From: an uncultured Rikenellaceae bacterium
GTDB lineage: Bacteria > Bacteroidota > Bacteroidia > Bacteroidales > VadinHA17
Reading direction: 5' to 3'
NCBI GenBank assembly: GCA_964568875.1
Contig: CAZMSH010000012.1
Span: forward strand, 28,228-92,227
Length of the DNA: 64,000 nt
Part shown: positions 1 through 8,292 of the stretch, piece after piece
Position numbering within the stretch: position 1 is the stretch's first letter
Layout of the letters: each line of letters begins with the position of its first letter
Notes under the pieces: model-generated
Database searches by the model: none
What the model was told of the DNA's origin: nothing
The model's input: the letters and a program-made list of their open reading frames with translations, nothing else
Made by a program: the position numbers and the translations under genes

Positions 1-2134
1 CTGCCGACGACCTTATCTCCATCTGCGGTATTGCAAAGGTCCCTTCCCTGATATAGAATTCATTTTCAAGTTTTGAAAACCTGATATTCTCGAGTTCACT
101 GATCTCAATAAACCTCGATAGGTTCATAACAGGCATGAATTTAAGCAGTTCGCCGTTATCAATCGAAAAGGAACCTTCTGACGAGATTGACCACAAATCA
201 GGTTTAAACTTTTCATCAAGATCCATCAGCATATCATATTTTCCTGTAAGTGAGCCCCTCAGGTTCTCAGCTACAATAAAGTCCTGTCCGAAATTATTGA
301 AAGAGACAAATGCATTGTTGATGTCTATAGAATTAAAAGTCAGTCGTGTGTCAATACCGAAACTCCCGTCGCCTTTTCCGGCAAGCAGGGCCGAGCCTTT
401 TACTTCTCCATTCATTGATTTCAGAATGAGGTCATCGACAAGAAGCCTTCCCGCAGAGTAAACAATGCTTCCCGATGCATCATATGCTGAAAAGGCTTTG
501 TGATGAAACTCACCAATTGAGAAACTTACATCTGCCATATACCCCTGCGGTAATCTGAAGGAACCGGTACTGTCATGCCGTTCGCTGTTACCTTTCCGCT
601 TAAGCATCTCTGGTGTCAAAAAGGGCGATTCAATATAACCGTTTATTTCAACCAAAGCCGCGTCTCCTCTTACCCATCGTGCAAAGTTCCGTATTTCGCC
701 GTCAGCCTTGATTTTTTGCCCGTTTACTCCTATCTCCAGGCTGTCGACCCACAGGTTTTCTGAAAGCATCAGGTTCCCGTTAATTTCTGAAAGGGAGTAA
801 TTATTCAGGCTAAGTGATACTGACGAGAGCCAAAGGTTGGCAACAGGATTCATTGCTGCAATGCCCCTGAGTGTGACTTTTCCATCTTCAGGGAGCCTGC
901 TGCTGAACGTAATAGAAGCTCTTACATTCCCTGTTGCATCTGAAGGGAAGGCACCACCTGGTACTTCTGCTATTTCAGCCAGATCGAGTACCGTGTTTAT
1001 GTCTGCTTTCAGATAAGGTCTTGTAAAGTCAGTATATGAAAGAGAGCCTCTTATTGATGAATTACTGGTATTAATATCGACCTTGTCGAACACGAGCTGA
1101 GAGGAGGTTGCATTCAGACTCCCGCCATTTGTATAGAATCCTGATAACGAGCTTTCAATGAACCGTATTCCGGTTCCCGGGACTTCAAACCCCGCTCCAT
1201 TCAAAGAAAATGCCACCTCATACTTCAGCTTTGATTCGGTTGAATGAATTCCTTCTATATGGCAAACAGCGTTTAGCTTGCCTGATGGCCTGTATCGGAG
1301 CCAGCTACTGAGTTTGTCGGGCAGAAAGCCTGACAATGACTTTATATCTGTATTCTCAGAGCTTATGGTAATATCAGTTCTTCCGGTGCCTGTTGCAAAT
1401 AAGCCCTCTATCGAAAAGATCATTTCCTGCAGTTCCATTTTCCCTTTGTTAAGAGTAACTGCAGTGTCAGATTTATGAAGATCGAGAGAGAGTGACCCGT
1501 CGACACTGTTTCTGATGTTAATGCCGTTCATCGAAAGATTGTGAAGCCTGAAAGACCCCTCAGCCCTGAGTCTTATATCGGAGCCCGCGATGGCCCCGTT
1601 AAGACGGGCCATACCGATATTGGTTTCATTATAAACCTCTTTAAGTTCGTTGACAATGTTCACCGTGATGTCATTGATCCTGATATTCTTCAGATTAACC
1701 GACACCATCTGATTATTATCTCCTGGTAAGGTTTCGAATGAAGGGAGATTTGACATCCCGTTTTCTGCTGTAAGTATATTAATATTACCTCCTGCAATAC
1801 CTACCCATTCTATTGTGTAGTTTTTCCTCAGGAGGTTCATTATTCTGAACTCAAGAGATACCATGGATGCGGTTACAATTGTATCGTTCCCGTTTACCGC
1901 TTCAGGACCCCTTACTGTGACATCTTCTAGTACAAACGAAGCCCTTGGGAATCTTTTGAGAAGAGTCAGTTTCGAACCAGATATTGTTGTTTTTAGCTCC
2001 GATCTGTTGTTTATTTCACTGATGAATATCTCAGCAACCCTGTCTTTGTAAACCATTGTAATTACAAGCAGGGTCATTAGTATAAGACCGGCAGCAAATA
2101 ATAACAAACGTACTGGTTTTCGCAGTATTTTCAT
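1..2134 (-). CDS. AsmA/TamB-like envelope biogenesis protein, N-terminal ~710 aa (ORF runs off the window at position 1)
   Basis: The minus-strand frame is open from the ATG at 2134-2132 to position 1. It is missing from the ORF track because it has no stop in the window. I translated both ends by hand and found no stops. The N-terminal membrane anchor is MKILRKPVRLLLFAAGLILMTLLVI, followed by long beta-rich Ser/Asn/Gly sequence. The last readable residues (FYIREGTFAIPQMEIRSSA) resemble AsmA-family C-terminal regions. Confidence 0.5.
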   Translation of the reverse strand, partial: MKILRKPVRLLLFAAGLILMTLLVITMVYKDRVAEIFISEINNRSELKTTISGSKLTLLKRFPRASFVLEDVTVRGPEAVNGNDTIVTASMVSLEFRIMNLLRKNYTIEWVGIAGGNINILTAENGMSNLPSFETLPGDNNQMVSVNLKNIRINDITVNIVNELKEVYNETNIGMARLNGAIAGSDIRLRAEGSFRLHNLSMNGINIRNSVDGSLSLDLHKSDTAVTLNKGKMELQEMIFSIEGLFATGTGRTDITISSENTDIKSLSGFLPDKLSSWLRYRPSGKLNAVCHIEGIHSTESKLKYEVAFSLNGAGFEVPGTGIRFIESSLSGFYTNGGSLNATSSQLVFDKVDINTSNSSIRGSLSYTDFTRPYLKADINTVLDLAEIAEVPGGAFPSDATGNVRASITFSSRLPEDGKVTLRGIAAMNPVANLWLSSVSLSLNNYSLSEINGNLMLSENLWVDSLEIGVNGQKIKADGEIRNFARWVRGDAALVEINGYIESPFLTPEMLKRKGNSERHDSTGSFRLPQGYMADVSFSIGEFHHKAFSAYDASGSIVYSAGRLLVDDLILKSMNGEVKGSALLAGKGDGSFGIDTRLTFNSIDINNAFVSFNNFGQDFIVAENLRGSLTGKYDMLMDLDEKFKPDLWSISSEGSFSIDNGELLKFMPVMNLSRFIEISELENIRFSKLENEFYIREGTFAIPQMEIRSSA

Positions 2135-2169
2135 TCGACATCAGTGAGCGTCAGTGATTCAACTTATAA

Positions 2170-2877
2170 TTATTGAAGCAGGAATGACAGGTTGTCGCTT
2201 ACATCCATTTCTGCCGGGGTGTTGCCACGAAGGAAAATTCTCGCCTTCCTGGGCCCGATAAGCTTCATGCGCTCATTTTCAACCAGCAGCATAGTACCTT
2301 CCCTGAGGCCTACAACATAAATGCCCGGATTGACTTCGATGAACTCCTCTATTCTCTGTTCTCTTGTTTCTCCTGCATGTCCTTCAGGATTGGCATCCAG
2401 ATAATGCGGATTTATCTGGAAAGGTATGAAGCCGAAAGCATTGAATGAATCCGGTTCGGTAATTGCCATATCATTTGTTGTACGGATAGTAGGGCATGCG
2501 AGGTTTGAACCTGCACTCCAGCCAATATAAGGAGTACCTGACAGCACTTTTTTCCTTATAGGTTCCACCAGCCCGTTATCCTGCACCATCTTCAGCAATT
2601 GCCAGGTATTTCCCCCGCCAACTACGATTGCCTCAGCCTCCTCAGCCGCCTTTACCGGGTCTTTGAACCTGTGTATCGATATTACATCATGACCGACTTC
2701 TCTGAACCTGTTCTGGACCTTTTCTTCATAGATGTCAAATGAAAATGTTACTGCCGCATAAGGGATGAACAATGCCTTCACCGGCTTTTCCCCCAGAAAT
2801 TCCCTTATCTTATGCTTCGGATAGTCAAGATACTCTTCGCCTGCATTTGTCGAATTGCTGATAAGTAGTAGTCTCAT
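2170..2877 (-). CDS. pepE: dipeptidase E (peptidase family S51)
   Basis: 235 aa starting MRLLLISNS. It has the GGGNT motif and the nucleophile motif GWSAGSN typical of PepE. Confidence 0.85.
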   Translation of the reverse strand: MRLLLISNSTNAGEEYLDYPKHKIREFLGEKPVKALFIPYAAVTFSFDIYEEKVQNRFREVGHDVISIHRFKDPVKAAEEAEAIVVGGGNTWQLLKMVQDNGLVEPIRKKVLSGTPYIGWSAGSNLACPTIRTTNDMAITEPDSFNAFGFIPFQINPHYLDANPEGHAGETREQRIEEFIEVNPGIYVVGLREGTMLLVENERMKLIGPRKARIFLRGNTPAEMDVSDNLSFLLQ

Positions 2878-2909
2878 AATTATTGTTTTAAGAGTTAATG
2901 ATTCTGAAA

Positions 2910-3650
2910 TTATCTCTGTTGTTCAATGTTACTGCGCCTAATTCGGGTAAGCATATACTGGTGTGTAAGAATATTGAATGTCAGTAGTTTATCTGCCAGT
3001 ACCTCTCCGTAACCTGTTATTATCTTAATTGCCTCAAAGGCCATCATGGCTCCTGTAACTCCCGGAAGCATTCCGAAGAGTCCGGCCTGTGAAGGGTCAG
3101 GATCGCGCATTTTTTCCGGATCTACCGGATTATAGCTTTGATAGGATCCGCTTCCTCTGTAATTGAATACCGAAACTTGTCCTTCATGGCCGAAAATTGC
3201 TCCGTGGATCATTGGCTTGCCGGTTTTGGAACAGACATTATCGATCACATAACGGGTTTCGTAGTTGTCTGTTGCATCAATCACCATATCCCATTTAGAG
3301 ATAATTTTTTCAGCATTGGTGGCTGTGAGCCTGATGTTATATATTTCGGTTTTTGTCAGACTGCTCTGCCTGTTAAGTATATCTCTGGCAATAATAGACT
3401 TTAGTTTACCCAGATCATGGCCTCCGTATAGTATCTGTCTGTGAATATTCGATTCGTTAACCATATCGAATTCTACTATCCCCAGAAAACCAACACCAGC
3501 GGCATTAAGATACTGAAGCACCGGACAACCGAGACCGCCTGCACCGACAATCAGCACCTTTGCCTGCCTGATAGCTTCCTGTCCCTTTTCTCCTATGCCC
3601 GGAAGCATTATTTGTCTTGAAAATCTCCTTTTCTCCCTTTCAGTGAGCAT
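2910..3650 (-). CDS. HesA/MoeB/ThiF-family adenylyltransferase (E1-like)
   Basis: It has the RQIMLPGIG start motif and the Rossmann loop VGAGGLGCP. The MoeB-type CxxC zinc cysteines are absent (the equivalent region reads GSYQSYNPV). Confidence 0.8.
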   Translation of the reverse strand: MLTEREKRRFSRQIMLPGIGEKGQEAIRQAKVLIVGAGGLGCPVLQYLNAAGVGFLGIVEFDMVNESNIHRQILYGGHDLGKLKSIIARDILNRQSSLTKTEIYNIRLTATNAEKIISKWDMVIDATDNYETRYVIDNVCSKTGKPMIHGAIFGHEGQVSVFNYRGSGSYQSYNPVDPEKMRDPDPSQAGLFGMLPGVTGAMMAFEAIKIITGYGEVLADKLLTFNILTHQYMLTRIRRSNIEQQR

Positions 3651-3690
3651 CTCTGTCCCTCCGCTTCAAGTAATTGCGTGTTGAGACAAA

Positions 3691-3730
3691 GATAAATAAA
3701 AAGGCGTAACGGCATGCCAGCCGTTACGCC
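3691..3730 (-). terminator. rho-independent terminator after the beta-barrel gene
   Basis: A perfect 11-bp stem, GGCGTAACGGC (3703-3713) pairing with GCCGTTACGCC (3720-3730), has a 6-nt loop. On the minus strand it is followed by TTTTTATTTATC. It lies 23 nt past the stop at 3753. Confidence 0.75.
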
Positions 3731-3752
3731 CCGTAGTATTCACTAACTGTTT

Positions 3753-4709
3753 TTACCAGATGGTCCAGGAGACACCTATTTCAAAGGGATTTAACACAGG
3801 GCCTTTCCCTTCCCGGAACAATGGTGTCATATAGTATGTTGCATAGAGATTAATGTCGTCGTATCCGGCTCTGGCTGTAAATCCATAGCGCAGCATGTTA
3901 AGACTGAAATCACCCTGTTCCTTTACTTTCTGCTTGCCTTCCCAGTAATAAACGGTCTTGGTGTTTGAACCTATCTTTACTGCTCCGATCGGTCCTGCGG
4001 CAAGATTAACATATCTTGAACCTGCCGGTATCTGCAGCTCCAATAGTAAGGGAACGGAAAGATACCTTGTGGCAAGCTTGCTCTTTTCATAAACAATACC
4101 TTCAGGCGGATACAATGGTTCTATAATGCCGTTTTCCTGCTTTGTGATACTGTTGTTACCCTCAAAGAAATAATTATTCATGTTATAACCTATTCCTGAT
4201 ACCAGACCAATACGCCTGGTAATACCTATGTTAACCTGGGCAAAATTGAGGTTTACATTTATTGACTTGCCAGAGTTCAACGTCATATAGTAATCTTCAT
4301 CAGGCAGGACCATGCTGTAGTCTGAGGTCAGAAAATTATTGAACCCTATTTCTATTCCGCCCCAGCTACCCTTAAAGTAGGTTCTGGGCCTTCTACCCTC
4401 ATCAGATCTCCCGGAATTAAACTCTCTTGAGAAAATTTCTTCCTCAGAATCTTCCTCAAATTTTTTTACCGATACTCTCCGTCCTTCCAGCATCTCGAGG
4501 ATTTCGATTCCGCGGTTACCTATACGCAGTGATTGTGATTCGGGTGTGCCTTTAAATGAAAGCATCTCTTCGCCTAAAGTTATTCTTGTGTCAGTTATAA
4601 CTTTTTCTGACCCGGGCCTTGTCGATGCAACAAGTTTGGTCGAATCATCCTGAGTGATTGCAGGGTAAGCCAGGGTAAATGCTACTGTTAATAAAACAAA
4701 TCTTTTCAT
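3753..4709 (-). CDS. outer-membrane beta-barrel protein
   Basis: Signal peptide MKRFVLLTVAFTLAYPAITQ, alternating-hydrophobic beta strands, and a C-terminal aromatic signature VSWTIW. It is the third gene of the sigma/anti-sigma operon. Confidence 0.6.
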   Translation of the reverse strand: MKRFVLLTVAFTLAYPAITQDDSTKLVASTRPGSEKVITDTRITLGEEMLSFKGTPESQSLRIGNRGIEILEMLEGRRVSVKKFEEDSEEEIFSREFNSGRSDEGRRPRTYFKGSWGGIEIGFNNFLTSDYSMVLPDEDYYMTLNSGKSINVNLNFAQVNIGITRRIGLVSGIGYNMNNYFFEGNNSITKQENGIIEPLYPPEGIVYEKSKLATRYLSVPLLLELQIPAGSRYVNLAAGPIGAVKIGSNTKTVYYWEGKQKVKEQGDFSLNMLRYGFTARAGYDDINLYATYYMTPLFREGKGPVLNPFEIGVSWTIW

Positions 4710-4772
4710 GGTATTATTAAGATTAAAAATTTAACTGGTTTTGATTGTGGGACGAACTATCCCTTGAAAAAG

Positions 4773-5834
4773 TTACTGGTCAGCTGTGATTTTTTTTACC
4801 GGAGCCTGAAATTTGATAAGTCTTGAGCTGAACATTACTGCCTCAGGATCATCCCGGCCCTCTTTTACGAATTCAAGGTTCATATCCCAGCCGAGAAGCT
4901 TGTTGACTCCTGTAATTCCCGCTGATGCTATCTCATAGGCCTTTATGGGTGAGCGATCAGGAATCTCTTCTCCCAGTATTCTTTCACGGAATGCCATTGC
5001 AAGATAATTACGCAGTGTCAGAGGGCCCTGATATTCCACCGGAGCTGTGGTGTAGATGTCTGTAAGACCCGGGGTCTCAAAATTTCCTGCTATCCTTACC
5101 ATAGCAGGTTCACCTGCCAACGGCATGATAATTTTCCTCTCAATAACCTCCGGTTTCTCAACCTCTGCTGCTTCAATCAATGTCTCCGCCACCCTTACAA
5201 TTTCAACCTGGGATTTCTGCGGTTCAACCGGAGAGATTGTTTTGTCTGCCGGAATTTCTTCTTCCTGTTTCTGTTCCTGTTCCTGCACCGTACCGCTGAC
5301 GGAGGCTGTAACTTCGGATGCAGGAATGACTGCCGGATCGGTTGAATTATTGGTCAGGGCTATTACAAGTATTGCCACTGAGGCTGCGGCTGCCATAACC
5401 AGGGTAGCCACTCTGGTCACCCTCACAAACGGGGTAACCCTTTTAAGGCCGTTCTTCAAAGGGTAAGAGATATCTTCTGCCGGGAGACGGAGCCTTTTAT
5501 ATAAATTATATGTTACAGCCCTCTTTTCATCGGCAAGCACAAAAGATTCAAACTCCTCCTGCTGTTCTGCGGTGAGATCGCCTTCTGCCGAGGCGATGCA
5601 CAGGTATTCAAACTGTTCTTCACTAAGGTCGGAGTAGCTTTTCAGCAGCCGGCTCTTGAAAGGGTATTTCTTCTCTGGCTGAGCAGAAATTACAGGTATA
5701 TCGCCCGTCAAGCTGTCGAAGAGACCGGGTTCCTCTTCAAGGAACCGGAAGAGCTCCCTGGTGCCCTCCTCGCTGAGACTGCCTGCCAGGTAGCGTTCCA
5801 TCAATTCTTCGATATGTTGCCTGCTCTTATTCAT
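4773..5834 (-). CDS. putative anti-sigma factor (single-pass membrane protein)
   Basis: It starts 4 nt after the sigma-factor stop. It has an N-terminal helical domain, one TM segment (VATLVMAAAASVAILVIAL) and an acidic/Pro-rich linker. Confidence 0.5.
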   Translation of the reverse strand: MNKSRQHIEELMERYLAGSLSEEGTRELFRFLEEEPGLFDSLTGDIPVISAQPEKKYPFKSRLLKSYSDLSEEQFEYLCIASAEGDLTAEQQEEFESFVLADEKRAVTYNLYKRLRLPAEDISYPLKNGLKRVTPFVRVTRVATLVMAAAASVAILVIALTNNSTDPAVIPASEVTASVSGTVQEQEQKQEEEIPADKTISPVEPQKSQVEIVRVAETLIEAAEVEKPEVIERKIIMPLAGEPAMVRIAGNFETPGLTDIYTTAPVEYQGPLTLRNYLAMAFRERILGEEIPDRSPIKAYEIASAGITGVNKLLGWDMNLEFVKEGRDDPEAVMFSSRLIKFQAPVKKITADQ

Positions 5835-5838
5835 TACT

Positions 5839-6324
5839 TTACACTACTGCCTCTATTGTGCCGATATATCTTTTAAGCTCCATCCGGCCCCTGTATATGC
5901 TTATTTTTACCTGTGCTTCACTCATGCCTGTTATCTCTCCGATCTCCTTGTAACTGTAGCCTTCATAGTCGCGAAGCATTATCACCGATCTTTGCTGCTC
6001 CGGCAGCCTGGCGAGAGCCTGGTTGAGAACCTCGGAAAGGTCTGTATAGGAACCTTCATAATAAAGCTCCCTGTCATTATGTTCTCCGGTCAGCACCATT
6101 TTTGATTCCCGTCTCAGCATATCAATCATCTGGTTGTAAGCCGTTGTGAAAAGCCACGACCTGGCCACCTTGTAATCTATCTCCGCAACATGCATCCACA
6201 GCTTTTCAAAGCTGTCCTGCACCACATCAGACGCACGGTCACCATCCCTGAGGTTTTTGAGGATAAACCTGTATACCCCGTCAGAATACTCTTCAACAGC
6301 TTTATTGTACTCTTTTACTGTCAT
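5839..6324 (-). CDS. ECF-type RNA polymerase sigma-70 family factor
   Basis: 161 aa. Region 2 reads DVVQDSFEKLWMH and region 4 contains an HTH (YSYKEIGEITGMSEAQVKISIYRGR). Confidence 0.85.
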   Translation of the reverse strand: MTVKEYNKAVEEYSDGVYRFILKNLRDGDRASDVVQDSFEKLWMHVAEIDYKVARSWLFTTAYNQMIDMLRRESKMVLTGEHNDRELYYEGSYTDLSEVLNQALARLPEQQRSVIMLRDYEGYSYKEIGEITGMSEAQVKISIYRGRMELKRYIGTIEAVV

Positions 6325-6390
6325 AATCCGGATTACAAAACTGAGACGTATTAAGAGACGGGAAAGTTACAAAAAAGATGCAGCAATATT

Positions 6391-6467
6391 CAGTTATCAG
6401 TTATCAGTTATCAGGTATCAGGTATCAGGTATCAGGTATCAGGTATCAGGTATCAGGTATCAGGTCA
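6391..6467. repeat. tandem heptanucleotide array (CAGTTAT)3(CAGGTAT)7 plus CAGGTCA
   Basis: Counted directly. CAGTTAT starts at 6391, 6398 and 6405. CAGGTAT starts at 6412, 6419, 6426, 6433, 6440, 6447 and 6454. A degenerate unit starts at 6461. Confidence 0.95.
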
Positions 6468-6543
6468 TACTGAATACCGCATACCCCATACCGAAGTCTG
6501 CAAACCTTAAACTTTTAATCGTTAATCGTAAAACTTATATCCC

Positions 6544-8139
6544 CTATAGCATCTTATACACCTTAACCCAGTCGATCTCCATGTTTGCTACTGTACCAAG
6601 CTGGGTGCTGGTGCCGCCTGCGAGAGATATATACATCGGCTCCTGTGGAACATTGCCGGTTTGCCTGAAGACCTCTTCACCGTTCACTTTCCATACAAGC
6701 TTGTCGGGTGTCCACTCAAGGGTATAGATATAGAAACCACCTGAATATTTCCCGGGAAGAGATGATCTGGCGGATGATTTTTCAGAGCGGAAAATATCGA
6801 ACCAAACCTTGCCCTTGCCAGTGCGGCATATGTCAATATGCGGTGTCATAGTGTCTCCAAGAAGCCAGAATGCATTTTTGGCAGATGGATTATCGAGTTT
6901 TATCTTGGCAGAAAAGATTCCGTACTTCTGGCGGAAACTGGCACCTGTATTTATCTGCCCTGACGTATATGCAAATTCCCTTTTTACAAATCCTGATGAA
7001 GGGATCCATACCTTGCCTTCTTTCTTTTCAGGCTTGGTGGTGATTGTCAGTACAGAGCTGCGTACCGAGAAATTGCTCGCCGGAGTATGAATATGCAGAT
7101 CGCCATCAAGGGAATAGTTGTCTTTGAGCAACTTTTCTCCCCAATAGTAGCTTGTGAGCCATTTTTTATCATTAACACCGGTTTCATCAAAGTCGTCGCT
7201 GAAGGTAAGCTCTCTTGTCTTAAGAATATCGAACTTGTTTGAATCCTTTACCTTGAAATACCATACTATGTCATCGCTTTTCTTAAGGGTTTCATATTCC
7301 TGTAACTGGGCGAACATCTCTGTCTTTTCAAATCTCTTCTTGTCGAGAAGGTAGTTCTTTCTTTCAACGAATTCCTGTGATGCAACATAGTCCTTTAGCT
7401 CCTCATACCTGGCAAACATTGCCGACCCGTCTATCTTCTTGAAGTTTGCGTACTCCTTTGATTTCAGGAATGCATAGTACCCTTTTATTTCTGGTGAGGC
7501 TTTCAGACTGTTGTATTCCTGCAGCTTAGCATACTCTTCTGAATCCTTGAAGGTTATGGGTTTCATGTTTTTCTTTGTCAGGAACTCCTGGCTTGTCACA
7601 AATGCTTCGAGTTCCCTGAACCTTTCAAGTCTGGGTGAGCCCTGGTGTTTGTCGGGTTTCTTTACCTCGGGTGATTTCTTCAGTGTCTTGTACTCAAGGA
7701 ATTTTCTGTACTCATCACTCTGTTTGAATGTTATTGGCTTCATCTTCTGCTTCTGCCTGAATGCAGGAGTGGAGATAAATTTCCCGAGTTCTTCAAAATT
7801 TCTGATCTTTTCAGAGCCGTCAAGTTCCTTGAAACTTTTCAATTCAGCACTGTCACGGGTTTTGAGGTATAGTCTTATCTCCTTCGATTTTGAGAGAGAG
7901 TTGTATTCCTTCTCTTTTTGAAATTCAGTCGAACCAGCATATTTCAATGCTTCAATCTGTTTTTTCTCTTGCTGGAATCCTGCAGAATTTACCAGGGAGT
8001 CAAGTTCGTTATAACGTGCCAGTTCATTTGACTCCTTGAATGCCTGCAGCTTATTATACTCCTCAAGCAGAGCCTTTTCCTGTTGTTCGATTTTTGAAGT
8101 GGAAGGGATCATCCCCAGAGAAAACTTAAGACTTGCCAT
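6544..8139 (-). CDS. GH16-like (concanavalin-A-like) domain protein with four N-terminal ~60-70-aa repeats; catalytic motif degenerate
   Basis: The C-terminal ~220 aa has GH16-type blocks (NAFWLLGD, YTLEWTPDKLVWKVNG, EIDWVKVY). The ExDxxE position reads HIDICR (6823-6840). No signal peptide is visible. Confidence 0.6.
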   Translation of the reverse strand: MASLKFSLGMIPSTSKIEQQEKALLEEYNKLQAFKESNELARYNELDSLVNSAGFQQEKKQIEALKYAGSTEFQKEKEYNSLSKSKEIRLYLKTRDSAELKSFKELDGSEKIRNFEELGKFISTPAFRQKQKMKPITFKQSDEYRKFLEYKTLKKSPEVKKPDKHQGSPRLERFRELEAFVTSQEFLTKKNMKPITFKDSEEYAKLQEYNSLKASPEIKGYYAFLKSKEYANFKKIDGSAMFARYEELKDYVASQEFVERKNYLLDKKRFEKTEMFAQLQEYETLKKSDDIVWYFKVKDSNKFDILKTRELTFSDDFDETGVNDKKWLTSYYWGEKLLKDNYSLDGDLHIHTPASNFSVRSSVLTITTKPEKKEGKVWIPSSGFVKREFAYTSGQINTGASFRQKYGIFSAKIKLDNPSAKNAFWLLGDTMTPHIDICRTGKGKVWFDIFRSEKSSARSSLPGKYSGGFYIYTLEWTPDKLVWKVNGEEVFRQTGNVPQEPMYISLAGGTSTQLGTVANMEIDWVKVYKML

Positions 8140-8187
8140 TCTCTTTTTGATTTAGATATAACCTGTTAAAGATAGAAAATCTTTAAT

Positions 8188-8203
8188 TATCTGTTAACAG
8201 ATA
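8188..8203. promoter_or_regulatory. 16-bp perfect palindrome TATCTGTTAACAGATA in a divergent promoter region
   Basis: The palindrome was read directly. A near-copy of one arm plus flank (CTGTTAAAGATAGAA) lies at 8163-8177. It sits between the minus-strand start at 8139 and the plus-strand start at 8293. Confidence 0.4.
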
Positions 8204-8292
8204 GAATTAAAAAGTTCTTCCTCTTCTGTTTTTGGAATATCCCGGCTTTGGCTACTTTTGTTTATGTGGAAACAGAAACAGGATTTATAAAA

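Noticed and set aside
5056-5466. 136-aa ORF antisense to the anti-sigma gene
   Set aside because: Its Ser/Thr/Ala-rich composition mirrors the acidic linker of the sense gene. It has no promoter box and no recognisable domain.
6391-6467. Heptad arrays considered as CRISPR arrays
   Set aside because: The units are 7 bp and directly abutting, with no spacers. No cas genes are present in the window.
6257-6727. 156-aa plus-strand ORF containing YQVSGIRYQVSGIRYQV
   Set aside because: The periodic peptide is just the translation of the CAGGTAT heptad array (7 nt x 3 = 21 nt = 7 aa). The ORF overlaps the 5' end of the sigma gene and the 3' end of the GH16-like gene on the opposite strand, and it has no start context.
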